The notes beneath the pieces are model-generated. The model made no database searches. It was not told the origin of the DNA and saw only the letters and a program-made list of their open reading frames with translations. Both the position numbers and the translations under genes were made by a program. DNA of 64,000 nt, taken from assembly GCF_009914755.1 (NCBI RefSeq), contig NC_060929.1. The stretch is one strand, 5' to 3'. The stretch comes from the human T2T-CHM13v2.0 reference genome, Homo sapiens. Below are positions 52,650 to 64,000 of this stretch, piece by piece. Numbering within the stretch: the first letter of the stretch is position 1; each line of letters begins with the position of its first letter.

Positions 52650-53725
52650 CTAGTCCCAGTTCTTAAACTAAAAATGGGAATGAATAAGTACATGGCATAG
52701 GAAAAATCGAAACAAAGATAAATCTTGTAAAATCTGAACAATTTTAAAGGGTAGTTTCTATAAGACAAATACTAATTAGAGAACAAAATATTTATATCCA
52801 ATAAAGTTAGGTTTTCTGAATTAAAGCTTATTATTTTTCACATTCATATCATTGTTTTTACTATTTTTTACTTCTGGAAACTTCAATAAATTTTATTTAA
52901 TGTGTCAATGACTTAGTGATTACATACTACATGGAGAGCACTAGCCTGACACATTAGAAAATAAAAATGAGAATTGTTTGCTCAGACCTTAAGGAGCTTA
53001 GATTATATATAGTGCTTTAAAATAAATCTAATCTAGTATTTTCTTTAGTTGTATAAAATTACCCTTTAGATCATGTTTCAAAATGTCTCTTTGAGACATA
53101 GATCAAAACACAATTCTTTATATTAATTTTCTTCTAAACATACACGAGACCAAAAATAATCTTCTAATGATTCCAAATTAATTATTTCCTGATACTTCTT
53201 TCCACCACTCTCATTTATTATTTCCCTTAGAGTTTTCCAAGGAATGCATGTTTATATTGGCAAATTTCCTTCTGTGGTTCATTGAACAATTTGTTACTTT
53301 CTTTTGTAGTCATTGAATTTTTCATACTGCCACCAACTTAGTATAATTTATATATTGCATTGATTTACTTATTAATATCTATCAGGTCATTAATGAAACT
53401 GTGAAGAAGTTGGCAAGTAATTTACTGCTTTGCTTGTAAGAGCCCACATTTTTTGGCTCTTGGGGCATAATGGGAGATCCATCTGTTTGTCACATATATG
53501 CCAGATGAAGCAGCAGGATCAGTATCCTAGATTTGAGTCCTGGAGTGTTGTAAGTAAGCATATGTATTGGTTTAGTTTGTTTGTTTGTTTTTGCCGGAAA
53601 CGGTAGAATGAACAGATCATAAGCTAAACAATATCTTAATCATGTGTTTTTAAGTATATTGCTAGTTATTACCAACTCTATTTTCACTGTGAAAGTCTGG
53701 CTTTACCACTGAAAATTCATATTTT

Positions 53726-54034
<309 letters not shown>

Positions 54035-54376
54035 GAAAATTCACATTTTATCCTGTTTTCTGAGATTAAAAGTTTTTATTATATAAATTTTGGAAACTGC
54101 AATTTAAGAGCACAAAAATGTAAAACAACTGCATATCACTTGTGTATGTATGCATATATACATACAAAAGCTTACAAATACATAAATATATATGACATGT
54201 AGCAGAAACAGCTATTTTTTAAGTTTTAAAATTAACATATGTTTTGTCAGTATCTTTAACATAATTATTTTTACTAACTCCACAGTATTCTCTTCTATGG
54301 AATAGTGTAATTTATTTAAGCAAACTGTTATTGCCAATGATTTATTTCATTTCTGATTTGTAATTTTTATAAGGAG

Positions 54377-55386
54377 TGTAGGGAAAAGAAAGAGAGATCA
54401 GACTGACTGTGTCTATGTAGAAGGCAAAGACATAAGAGACTCCATTTTGAAAAAGACCTGTACTTTAAACAATTGCCTTGCTGAGATGTTGTTAATTTGT
54501 GGCTTTGCCCCAGCCACTTTGAACCAACTTGGAGCTCACAAAAACATGTGTTGTATAAAATCAAGGTTTAAGGGATCTAGGGCTGTGCAGGATGTGCCCT
54601 GTTAACAAAATGTTTACAAGCAGTATACTTGGTAAAAGTCATTGCCATTCTCCAGTCTCAGTAAACCAGGGGCACAATGCACTGCGGAAAGCCGCAGGGA
54701 CCTCTGCCCTTGAAAGCAGTTTATTGTCCAAGGTTTCTCCCCATGTGATAGTCTGAAATGTGGCCTCGTAGGATGAGAAAGACCTGACCATCCCCTAGCC
54801 TGACACCCGTAAAGGGTCTCTGCTGAGGTGGATTAGTAAAAAAGGAAAGCCTCTTGCAGTTGAGATAGAGGAAGGCCACTGTCTCCTGTCTGCCCCTGGG
54901 AACTGAATGTCTCAGTATAAAACCCGATTGTACATTTGTTCAATTCTGAGATAGGAGAAAAACCACCCTATGGTGGGAGGCGAGACATGTTTGCAGTAAT
55001 GCTGCTTTGTTATTCTTTACTCCGCTGAGATGTTTGGGTGGAAACATAAATCTGGCCTATGTGCACGTCCAGGCATAGTACTTTCCCTTGAACTTAATTA
55101 TGATATAGATTCTTTTGCTCACATGTTTTTTGTTGACCTTCTCCTTATTATTACCCTGCTCTCCTACTACATTCCTTTTTGCTAAAATAATGAAAATAAC
55201 AATCAATAAAAACTGAGGGAACTCAGAGTCTGGTGCCGGTGCAGGTCCTTGGTATGCTGAGCGCCGGTCCCCTGGGCCCACTGTTGTTTCTCTATACTTT
55301 GTCTCTGTGTCTTATTTCTTTTCTCAGTCTCTCATCCCACCCGACTAGAAATACCCACAGGTGTGGAGGGGCAGGCCACCCCTTCA
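54377..55386 (+). mobile_element. HERV-K (HML-2) solo LTR, LTR5B-like
   Basis: TGTAGGGAAAAGAAAGAGAGATCAGA..GGCAGGCCACCCCTTCA, 1010 bp; TATAAAA at 54916 and AATAAA at 55205. Confidence 0.93.
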
Positions 55387-56384
55387 AGAGTGCTAAAATA
55401 AATATTCTTTTGCATATATGTGTGCACAGAGCTTACCGTAAAATTATTAGAAGTCATGATGTTAGGTTAAATACACAAGAATATCTGCTCTCACTTCTAC
55501 AAATACATAGAAACAGTTCATGAAATAAACAGTATCACAGTGTTAAAAAATACATGAATAATAATTATTTGGGAAGTTACACCAGGAAATAAAGCCATGT
55601 GCCCCATGAGTTGCTGGGCTCAGAAGCAAGAGTTGAATGTGGAATTTCAACCTATGCATATGAACAGGGACCTCGTATTGCTCCTGCTTGGGTCATAAAG
55701 CTAGGCTAGCTACATGAATATAGTTGGTAAAGTTTTGCTCACTTGCTGGAAAAGTAAACTACTTGTAAGTGGTGGAGAGAATAAAAACCACAGTACAACT
55801 TGAATTCTGGCCAAGTAATAAGCTGGTTTGGAGACTGGGATACTGTCATCTAGTGTTAGGAACACTTCTGGATAACCTATTTCTGAGCTGTGGATCCTTG
55901 GGTCTGGGCTGAGAATTATTTCACAGAATTCTAAACAGGAAGGGATGATCTTGAGGAAAAGAGAAATACTCCAGTGCAAGATGAGTTTTCAAGCTAAGAT
56001 TTACTAAGTTAAAGGAAAAAAAGGTTATTTCTTTCTCACATAAAGGTAGAGGATGAGAATTTTAGTTTGGTGTTGGCTTTGACATATATATTTGGTCAGT
56101 GACCTAGACCTATGGATGGTTTTTTTATCTTTAGTAGATGGGCTCAGAGGTTGCTGTTACCATTTTAAAAGCCAGAGAAAAGGGGAAGAGCAAGGGAAAG
56201 CATGGATGGAAAATTTATGGGCCATTGCTGGAAATGACACATGTTGCTTTTGCTTAAAGTCTGTTAGTGGACATCTAGGAGTCTCAAAATCAAAGAAGTT
56301 ATGGAATAAAAACATGTAATTATTGATCAATGAAAAGTTAATATAAAAATTAACCAATTACAATATTTGAATTAAAAATATAGC

Positions 56385-56910
56385 AAGAGAAATCCTCAAA
56401 AAGTTCATGGAAAATATATATTATGAAAAAACTATGGATAAACTTCAAAAAATGTTTGCATCAAAATAAACTTTTACTAAATTATTATAACATGTCTAAG
56501 CAGGATCTTGTTGAGGCGATACAAAGAATAAGACATCAATTTGAAAGAGTTCTTATTAGAGCAATATGAATTCTGTTAAAATTGAAGCAAGAAGAAACAT
56601 CAAATTTATGGTGAAGTTTGAGTGGAAGAATAGTGAAATCAATCATAGATGCTTTCTAAAAAATTTATGGGGACAATGCTAAAAAAATCAGCAATTTAGA
56701 AACAGAAAACTCATTTTCAGAAGGGACAAGTTGATACTGAAAATGAAGCTAGTGACAGCAGACCATATTAATTTTTGAGGAAAAAATTATTCTAATTGAA
56801 GAAGACTGGAAACTTAGCCAAAGCTTTATCTGAAAAATGCCCAGAAAAGCTTCATGAAAGAGTCTGTATCCTTTATGACAGGGCTTACTCCTCTCATCAA
56901 ACAAAAGCCA
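56385..56910 (+). mobile_element. HSMAR2 mariner, 5' part with internal deletions
   Basis: TIR-like tcaaaaagttcatggaaaat..attatgaaaaaactatg; transposase start MNSVKIEARRNIKFMVKFEWKNSEI at 56567. Confidence 0.88.
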
Positions 56911-57086
56911 CTGTTTTTTCTTTGATAGTTTGGAATTTATTTGTCTTTGATATTAAGCAGGTTTATTCTAATAAAGAAAAAATAGTGGTTACTGACAAAA
57001 GAATACCTAATTATAGCAGAACTTATCAATAATAAAAAATGTCAGAAGACAATAACATTCTGTTTTCCATTTCTTAAGATGGAATT

Positions 57087-57391
57087 GGCTGGGCATGGTG
57101 GCTCACACCTGTAATCCCAGCACTTTGGGAGGCTGAGGAGGGCAGATCACGGAGGTCAGGGGTTCGAGACCAGCTTAACCAACATGGAGAAACCCCATCT
57201 CTACTAAAAAATGCAAAAATTAGCCTGGTGTGGTGGCACATGCCTGTATTTCCAGCTATTCATGTGACTGAGGCACAAGAATTGCTTGAACCCAGGAGTC
57301 AGAGACTGCAGTGAGCCAAGATCATGCCACTGCACCCCAGCCTGGGCAACAGAGTGAGACTATGTTTCAGAAAAACAAAACAAAACAAAAA
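57087..57391 (+). mobile_element. AluS
   Basis: Full Alu; TSD aaga(t/a)ggaatt. Confidence 0.95.
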
Positions 57392-57423
57392 AAGAAGGAA
57401 TTGATTGCAACCTAGAATTTTCT

Positions 57424-59860
57424 TTTCTTTTTAACTTGATTTTAGGGTCAGTGATATATGTGCAGGTTTTGTACATAGATAAACTCATATCATGGCAGTG
57501 TAGTGTAAAGATTATTTCATCACCCCGGTATTAAACTTAGTACCCAATAGTTTTCTTTTTCTGACCCTCTCCCTCCTCCCACACTCACCCTCAAATAGGC
57601 CCCCATGTCTGTTGTTCCCCTTTTTATGCCCATGTGTTCTCATCATTTAGTTCCTGCTTATAAGTGAGAAGATGGAGTATTTGGTTTTCTGTCCTTATGT
57701 TAGTTTGCTAAGGATAATGACCTCCAGCTCCATCCATGTTCCTGCCAAGAACATAATCTCATTCCTTTATGGCTGCGTAGTATTCCATGGTGTATATGTA
57801 ACACATTTTCTTTATCCTACCACTGATGGGCAGTTAGGTTGGTTCCATGTCTCTACTATTGTGAGGACTGCTGCAATGAACAAACTTGTGTATGTGTCTT
57901 TATGGCAGAACAATTTATATTCCTTTGGATTTATACCGATTACTGGGATTGCTGGGTCGAATTGTAGTTCTGTTTTTAGCTCTTTAAGGAATTGCCACAC
58001 TGCTTTCTATAACGGTTGAACTAATTTACAGTCACAAAAATAACGTATAAGCATTCCTTTTTATCGACAACCAGTATCTGTTATTCTTTGACTTTTTGAT
58101 AATAGCTATTCTGACTGGTGGTGATGATATCTCATTGTGGTTTCTATTCGCAGTTTTCTAATGACTAGTGATGTTTATCTTCTTTTCATATGCTTGTTGG
58201 CTTCATGTATGTCTTCTTTTGAAAAGTGTCTGTTCACGTACTTTGCCCACTTTTTAACGGCCTTGCATGATTTTTGCTTGTTAACTTGTTTAAGCTCCTT
58301 ACAGATTCTGGTTATTAAGCCTCTGTCAGATGAAGAGTTTGTAAATATTTTCTCCCACTCTGTAGGTTGTCTGTTTACTCTGTTAATAGTTTCTTTTCCT
58401 GTGCAGAAGCTCTTAAGTTTAATTAGGTTCCATTTGTCAAGTTCAGCTTGTGCTACAATTGCTTTTGATATCTTTATCATGAAATCTTTGTCAGATCCTA
58501 TGTCAAGAATGAAATTTCCTAGTTTATCTTAAAGAGTTTTCATAGTTTTGGGTTTAACATTTAAGTCTTCCATTAATCTTGGTTGATTTTTTTATGTAGT
58601 GTAAGAAAGAGGTCCAGTTTCAATCTTCTGCATATGGCTAGGTAGTTATCCCAGGACCATCTATTGAATAAGATGTTCCTTCCCCATTGCTTGTTTTTCA
58701 GCTTTGTTGAAGATCAGATGGTCATAGGTATACAGCCTTATTTTTAGCCTCTCTATTCTGTTCCATTGTGCATGTTTTTGTACGAGTACCATGCTATTTT
58801 GTTTACCGTAGCTCTTTAGTACAGTTTGAAGTCTGGTGATGTGATGCCTCCAGCTTCGTTCTTTTTGTTTAGGATTGCCTTGGCTATTCAGTCTCCTTTT
58901 TGGTTTCATATAATTTTAAATATTTTTTTTCTAGTTTTGTGAAGAATGTCATTGGTAGTTTAATAGGAATAGCATTGAATCTGTAAATTTGGGCAGCATG
59001 GCAATTTAACAGTATTAATTCTTCCTATTCATGAGCATGGAATGTTTTTCCATTTGTTTGTGTCCTCTGATTTGTTGAGCAGTGTTTTGTAATTCTCATT
59101 GTATCGGTTTTCACCTCCCTGGTTATCTCTATTCTTAGGTATTTTATTCTTTTCGTGGCAATTTTAAATGAGATTGTATTCCTGACTCGGCTGTCGGTTT
59201 GGCTGTAATTGGTATACAGGAACGCTAGTGATTTTTGTACAATGATTTTGTATCCTGAAACTTTGCTGATGTTGTTTATCAGCTCTAAGAGCTGTGGGGC
59301 TGAGACTTTACGGTTTTCTAGGTATAGGATGATGTTGTCTGCAAACAGGCATACGTTGGCTTCTTCTCTTCCTATTTAGAATGACTTTTTTTCTTTCTCT
59401 TGCCTGATTCCTCTGGCCAGGACTTGCAATACTATGGTGAATAGGAATAGTGAGAGATGGCATCCATGTCTTGGGCTGGTTTTCAAAGGGAATGCTTATA
59501 GCTTTTGCACATGAAGTATGATGTTTGCTGTGGGTTTTTCATAGATGACTCTTATTATTTCCAGGTATGCTCCTTCAATACCTAGTTTATTGAAATGTTT
59601 TAAACATAAAAATATGTTGAATTTTATTGAAAGTCTTTCTTGCATCTATCAAAATAATCATGTGGTTTTTGTTTTTAGTTCTACTTATATGATGAATCAC
59701 GTTTATTGATTTGTGTGTGTTGAACCAACCTTGCTTTTAGAGATAAAGCCTACTGATTCTGCTGGATTAGCTTTTTGATGTGCTGGTCAATTCTGTTTGC
59801 TAGTATTTTTGATGAGGATTTCTGCAACTATATTCATCAAAAATATTGACCTGAAGTTTT

Positions 59861-59902
<42 letters not shown>

Positions 59903-60265
59903 TCTGTCTGTCTGTCAGGCTTTGGTATTAGGATGATGCTGGTCTCATAGAATGAGTTGGAGAAGAGTCCCTCCTCCTCAAATTTTTGGAATAGTTTTAG
60001 TGGGAATGGTATCGGCTTTTCTTTGTAAATTTTGTAGAATTTGGGTGTGAATCCATCTGGTCCTGAGCTTTTTTGGTTGGTAAGCTATTTATTACTGATT
60101 CAATTTCGGAGTTTGTTATTGGTTTGTTCAGAAATTCAACTTTTCCTGTTTAAGTCTAGGTAAGTTGTTCAAGAATTTATCAATTTCTTCTAGATTTTCT
60201 AATTTGTGTCCAGAGAAATGTTTCTCTGGCGTTAGTGATATCATCCCCTTTGCTGTTTCTAATTG
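57424..60265 (-). mobile_element. Older L1PA (about PA13-15), 5'-truncated, containing (GT)n at about 59865-59898
   Basis: Degenerate ORF2 and 3' UTR; 18-bp TSD TGCAACCTAGAATTTTCT at 57406 and 60266. Confidence 0.92.
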
Positions 60266-61728
60266 TGCAACCTAGAATTTTCTATTAAGCTCATCTTTTA
60301 TTCAAAAGTAGAAATAAAATAAATACATGTATAGGCAAAACATGATTAAGAGTTTCATAGATGTGAGTAGTTTAAGGGAAAAATTATTAAAGGATACATT
60401 TCAATAAGAAATAAAATGAATCCAGAAGAACAGAGTGGAAAGCAGGAAGAAATGATTAAAAAATTAATTGATAAACCATGTTGTTTAATACAAATAAGTT
60501 TAGAAGAAGAAGAAGGAAGAATAAACAGTTGGGAGAGAAGGCAAAATATATTTCTGTACTGGCTTTGAAATTTTTCAGAAAACTTTGAAAGTAAATAAGT
60601 CTGTTTTGTATTTAAGGCTGATCAATAAGGTTAAAAATAGAATGTATAACTTAATTATGAGTAATGGGGAAAAGGAGGAGCTTATGAATTCAACAAAAGG
60701 TAAAAAGAAAACAATGTATCAAAGGCAGCATGGAATACAAACAAAATTGCAAAAGGATGAAATACACATTAATATTAATATTCACAATAAGGAAGATAAT
60801 AAACTTGTCTTTTATAAGAAACTCTGAAATTGAAATTGTAAAAATATAACTCTATTAAAAATACACCCATTGTAAAACAATACAAAGTGGCTGAAAATAA
60901 AAGGATGAAAAAAGATTCATTAGACAAAGATTCAAAAGAAGAGTAGCATTATCTAAAAAATGTAATTTAAGGCAAAATAATTGAATAGAATATAAGGAGT
61001 TTACTTAATTATATAATATCAATCATATACTTATATGTACCTGAAAGCATAGCCTAGAAAAAATAAGGTAAAACCTGAGATAATTACTTAAGGGAAAAAA
61101 ATTAATAATTATAGCATACTTTTAATACAGATTTTGGAAAATAAAACTAAAATATAAGAAACGCCATTTTCCCCCTTGTCCAGTATTACACTAGATTGGT
61201 GGTATAAAAGACCTTATAACTTTAAACAACTAGATCATAAACATGACACACTTTTTGAGGCAATGCTGGTCTCATATGAAGTAGCAGTGGTCTCCAAGGA
61301 TAACACCTCCTCAAACAGGTAAGCAAACAACAAAACATGAACTGGTGCTAGAGATGCAGGTGGCTGTAAAGGCAAAATCAATATGAGTACTATAAAAACT
61401 ATCTGAATAGTTGGGACAAAATCAAGATGAAGGAACTATGGCTGGGACTCTTTAGTGAGAATGTTCACCTGGGAAAACAAACAAACAAGCAAAAGACCAA
61501 AGAGAATCTCCATGTAACTGGTACTTACCAGCTACCACAAGCAGCTGGTGGGTTTCTGTAGGAAAGTTTTCCCAATTTACACCCACAGGACTTCCAAAAA
61601 TTAAAATAAAGTTACTAGCTCACATTCAAAGATAACAGAACACAGGAGGTTTCAAGGCAACATGAGTAACAGTAAAAATAAAGTATCATATTTGTACTAC
61701 TAAGGGTTGAACAAAGAGTAGTTTACAT

Positions 61729-62251
61729 CAGGGGTCCCCAGCCCCCAGGTCACAGACCAGTACTGGTCCATGGCATTAGGAACCAAGTTGGGCTGCACAG
61801 CAGATGAGTGGCAGGCAGGAGAGTGAAGCTTCATCATCTGCATTTACAGCAGCTCCCCATCGCTTGCATTACTGCCTGGCTTCCGTCTGCTATCATATCA
61901 GCAGAGGCATTAAAGTCTTCCAGGAGCATGAGCCCTATTGTGAACTGGGCATGTGAAGGATCCAGGTTGCATGCTCTTTATGAGAATCTAATGCCTGATG
62001 ATCTGTCACTGTCTCCCATCACCCCAGATGGGACAGTCCAGTTGCAAGAAAACAAGCTCAGAGCTCTCACTGATTCTACATTATGGTGAGCTGTATTTAC
62101 AATGTATTTAATAATAAAAATAGAAATATAGTGCACAATAGATGTAATATGCTTGAATCATCTCAAAACCACCCCATACCCGCCTCTCCCTTATGGAAAA
62201 AATGTCTTCCACTAAACCAGTCCAGGGTGCCAAAAAGGTTGGGGATCACTG
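61729..62251 (+). mobile_element. MER1A hAT-Charlie element
   Basis: CAGGGGTCCCCA..TTGGGGATCACTG, 523 bp; TSD gtttacat/gtttagag. Confidence 0.9.
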
Positions 62252-62529
62252 GTTTAGAGGATCTATGAGGCTTTGCATAAAATATTAGTAAATGAACTAA
62301 TAATAAGGAATTAGACGATCCTTCAAAAGGATTAACAAGAAGAAATAGACAATTACAAAGATGAGGGAGAAACACATGATTACTAGAAATGTATAGGCAA
62401 ATGTGAATGAAAAATGCAATTGATGGAAATTAAAAGAACACAATATTAGAAGTAGAAAATCAACAATATACTAAAATCACAGAATACATATAGTGGAAAC
62501 TAGAAAATATATCTGAAGAAATTACCTTG

Positions 62530-63000
62530 TTATGAAGTAAGATATTTTGGACATATTTGGAAAGTATAGCTAACGAGATTTGCTCATGAATTGGAGACAG
62601 TTTATAAAAGAAAAAGAGGAATCCAGAATAACTACAAATTGTTTTGATTTAGCAAATGGCAGGATGGAATTGCATTTAAAATGGAGTCGGTTTGGAGGAG
62701 GACTACCAGTATTTCACTTCAAGATATGTTAATTCTGATGTATCTGTTAGACACTGCTATTATCAAGTAAGCAATTAGGAAAATAAATCTGAAGATCTGA
62801 GAGAGATTCAGACTAGAGAGATACATTTAAGATATGTTTAGTCATCAGTTTATAGGTGATTATTTAAAGCATGAGCTGAAACATGATTGCAAAGGTCATA
62901 CTGTGTAGCATAGGTGGGGAAAAGGGAAGTGTCAAAGATCAAGTCCTGGAACATTCCAACACTGAAAGGTGATGGATACAAGGGGAAGAACAGAAATTGG
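62530..63000 (-). mobile_element. L2 fragment
   Basis: ttggacatatttggaa..agcaaatggcaggatggaattgc..acattccaacactgaaagg. Confidence 0.7.
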
Positions 63001-63174
63001 AATCTTTTGAATAGGGTGTGATTACACGTATAAAAATTTGTGCCAAGCACAGTAATCTGGTAGTGAGAAAACCTGAGTTTGAGTTTAGGCTTTATTCTAA
63101 TGAAGTAGTTGGCCATGGGCAAATTACTTAGTCTAAAGGAACTCCTCACTGGTTCTTCACGTAGCTAGTCAGAT

Positions 63175-63490
63175 CCGGTTATCTTTTAGGGTCAACTTAA
63201 ACGTCCCTTCTCCACAGAGGTCTCCCCTGTGCATTTTTAACAATCACCCAGCCAAGTTATTCCCTACTAACACTCTTGTTTATTTCATTTGCTGTACATA
63301 ATTCCAGTCTAAATTTGGCCTATGTGTTTACTTATTTAATTTAATTGTATGTCTCCTCTCTCACCACCAGAACAGAAATGTTTACTTTATATAGGTGAGC
63401 TTTTTGCATCTTTCATTATCTATCCTCAATTTCTAGTGTAGTTTCTGGCACAGAATTGCATCAATATATCATGAAGAAAAAAACGAATAA
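63175..63490 (+). mobile_element. L2 3' end
   Basis: gtcaacttaaacgtcccttctcca..tgtctcctctc..tttctggcacaga..gaataaa. Confidence 0.65.
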
Positions 63491-63824
63491 ATTTCCCAAG
63501 AATGAGAAACACTGAACTGAAAACTTGTTTGTGTACCAAAAGACATTCCACCAGCTAAGCAAATTAATTCATATTCTTGGGCATTAAATATTTAGCACGT
63601 TGCTTAACGATTCTCCTCAATTTTCTGAAAAATAAAACCTTTATATTTTTAGAAGTGGACTTTTCAGATTATTAGTGTGTCTTTTCTTCTGTCTGCTTAT
63701 ACCCATTGAGTCCAGACATTTTAAAACATTGCTCAAAAAATTTCTTACTATCTACACAGGAGAAACAACAGTTCTGGAGAGACTGCTAGAGGAATTCTTC
63801 CTCACACAATACATAAGTATGCCT

Positions 63825-63883
63825 GCACACACACAAACACACACACACACACACCCACAAACAGACACCCACCCACACACACA
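63825..63883. repeat. Imperfect (CA)n microsatellite
   Basis: Directly visible. Confidence 0.9.
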
Positions 63884-64000
63884 CTTAAAGGTCATTCTTC
63901 TGCATTCTGAAGCATGTCATAGACTGATAGGTTTGGATTACTTTTCTACCCGCGAAGCCTTTCCACATACCTTTAGAATTGAAATGTTATTACATGCAGC

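Noticed and set aside
56567-57032. Functional mariner transposase
   Set aside because: HSMAR2 remnant with frameshifts, large deletions and no 3' TIR.

Overview
AT-rich primate genomic DNA, most likely human. It contains the 3' half of FAM174A (TMEM157) on the + strand: coding exon 2 (10377-10511), a 24-kb last intron, and the terminal exon from 34500 (one coding base + TAA + 3' UTR to about 35060), followed by about 29 kb of intergenic DNA. Most of the rest is transposon-derived: L1PA/L1PB/L1M (three with 5' inversions), 13 Alu copies or fragments (one near-pristine AluYc1-like), an apparently full-length Tigger2, HSMAR2, MER1A/MER5/MER58, solo LTRs (LTR5B-like, MLT2A, THE1, MST, MLT1), L2/MIR, and a 60-bp minisatellite. 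The long ORFs in the supplied track are L1, Alu, Tigger or simple-repeat artefacts, and the real exons are missing from it. I found no evidence of a new multi-gene system. The most interesting signals: (1) the last intron is protein-neutral, since spliced and unspliced RNA both end P-R-R-stop; (2) exon 2 is symmetric, stop-free and bracketed by inverted L1 segments; (3) two L1 tails carry short transduction-like tags; (4) several template-switch hairpin scars are visible. Repeat subfamily names come from recalled consensus sequences, not a database search.
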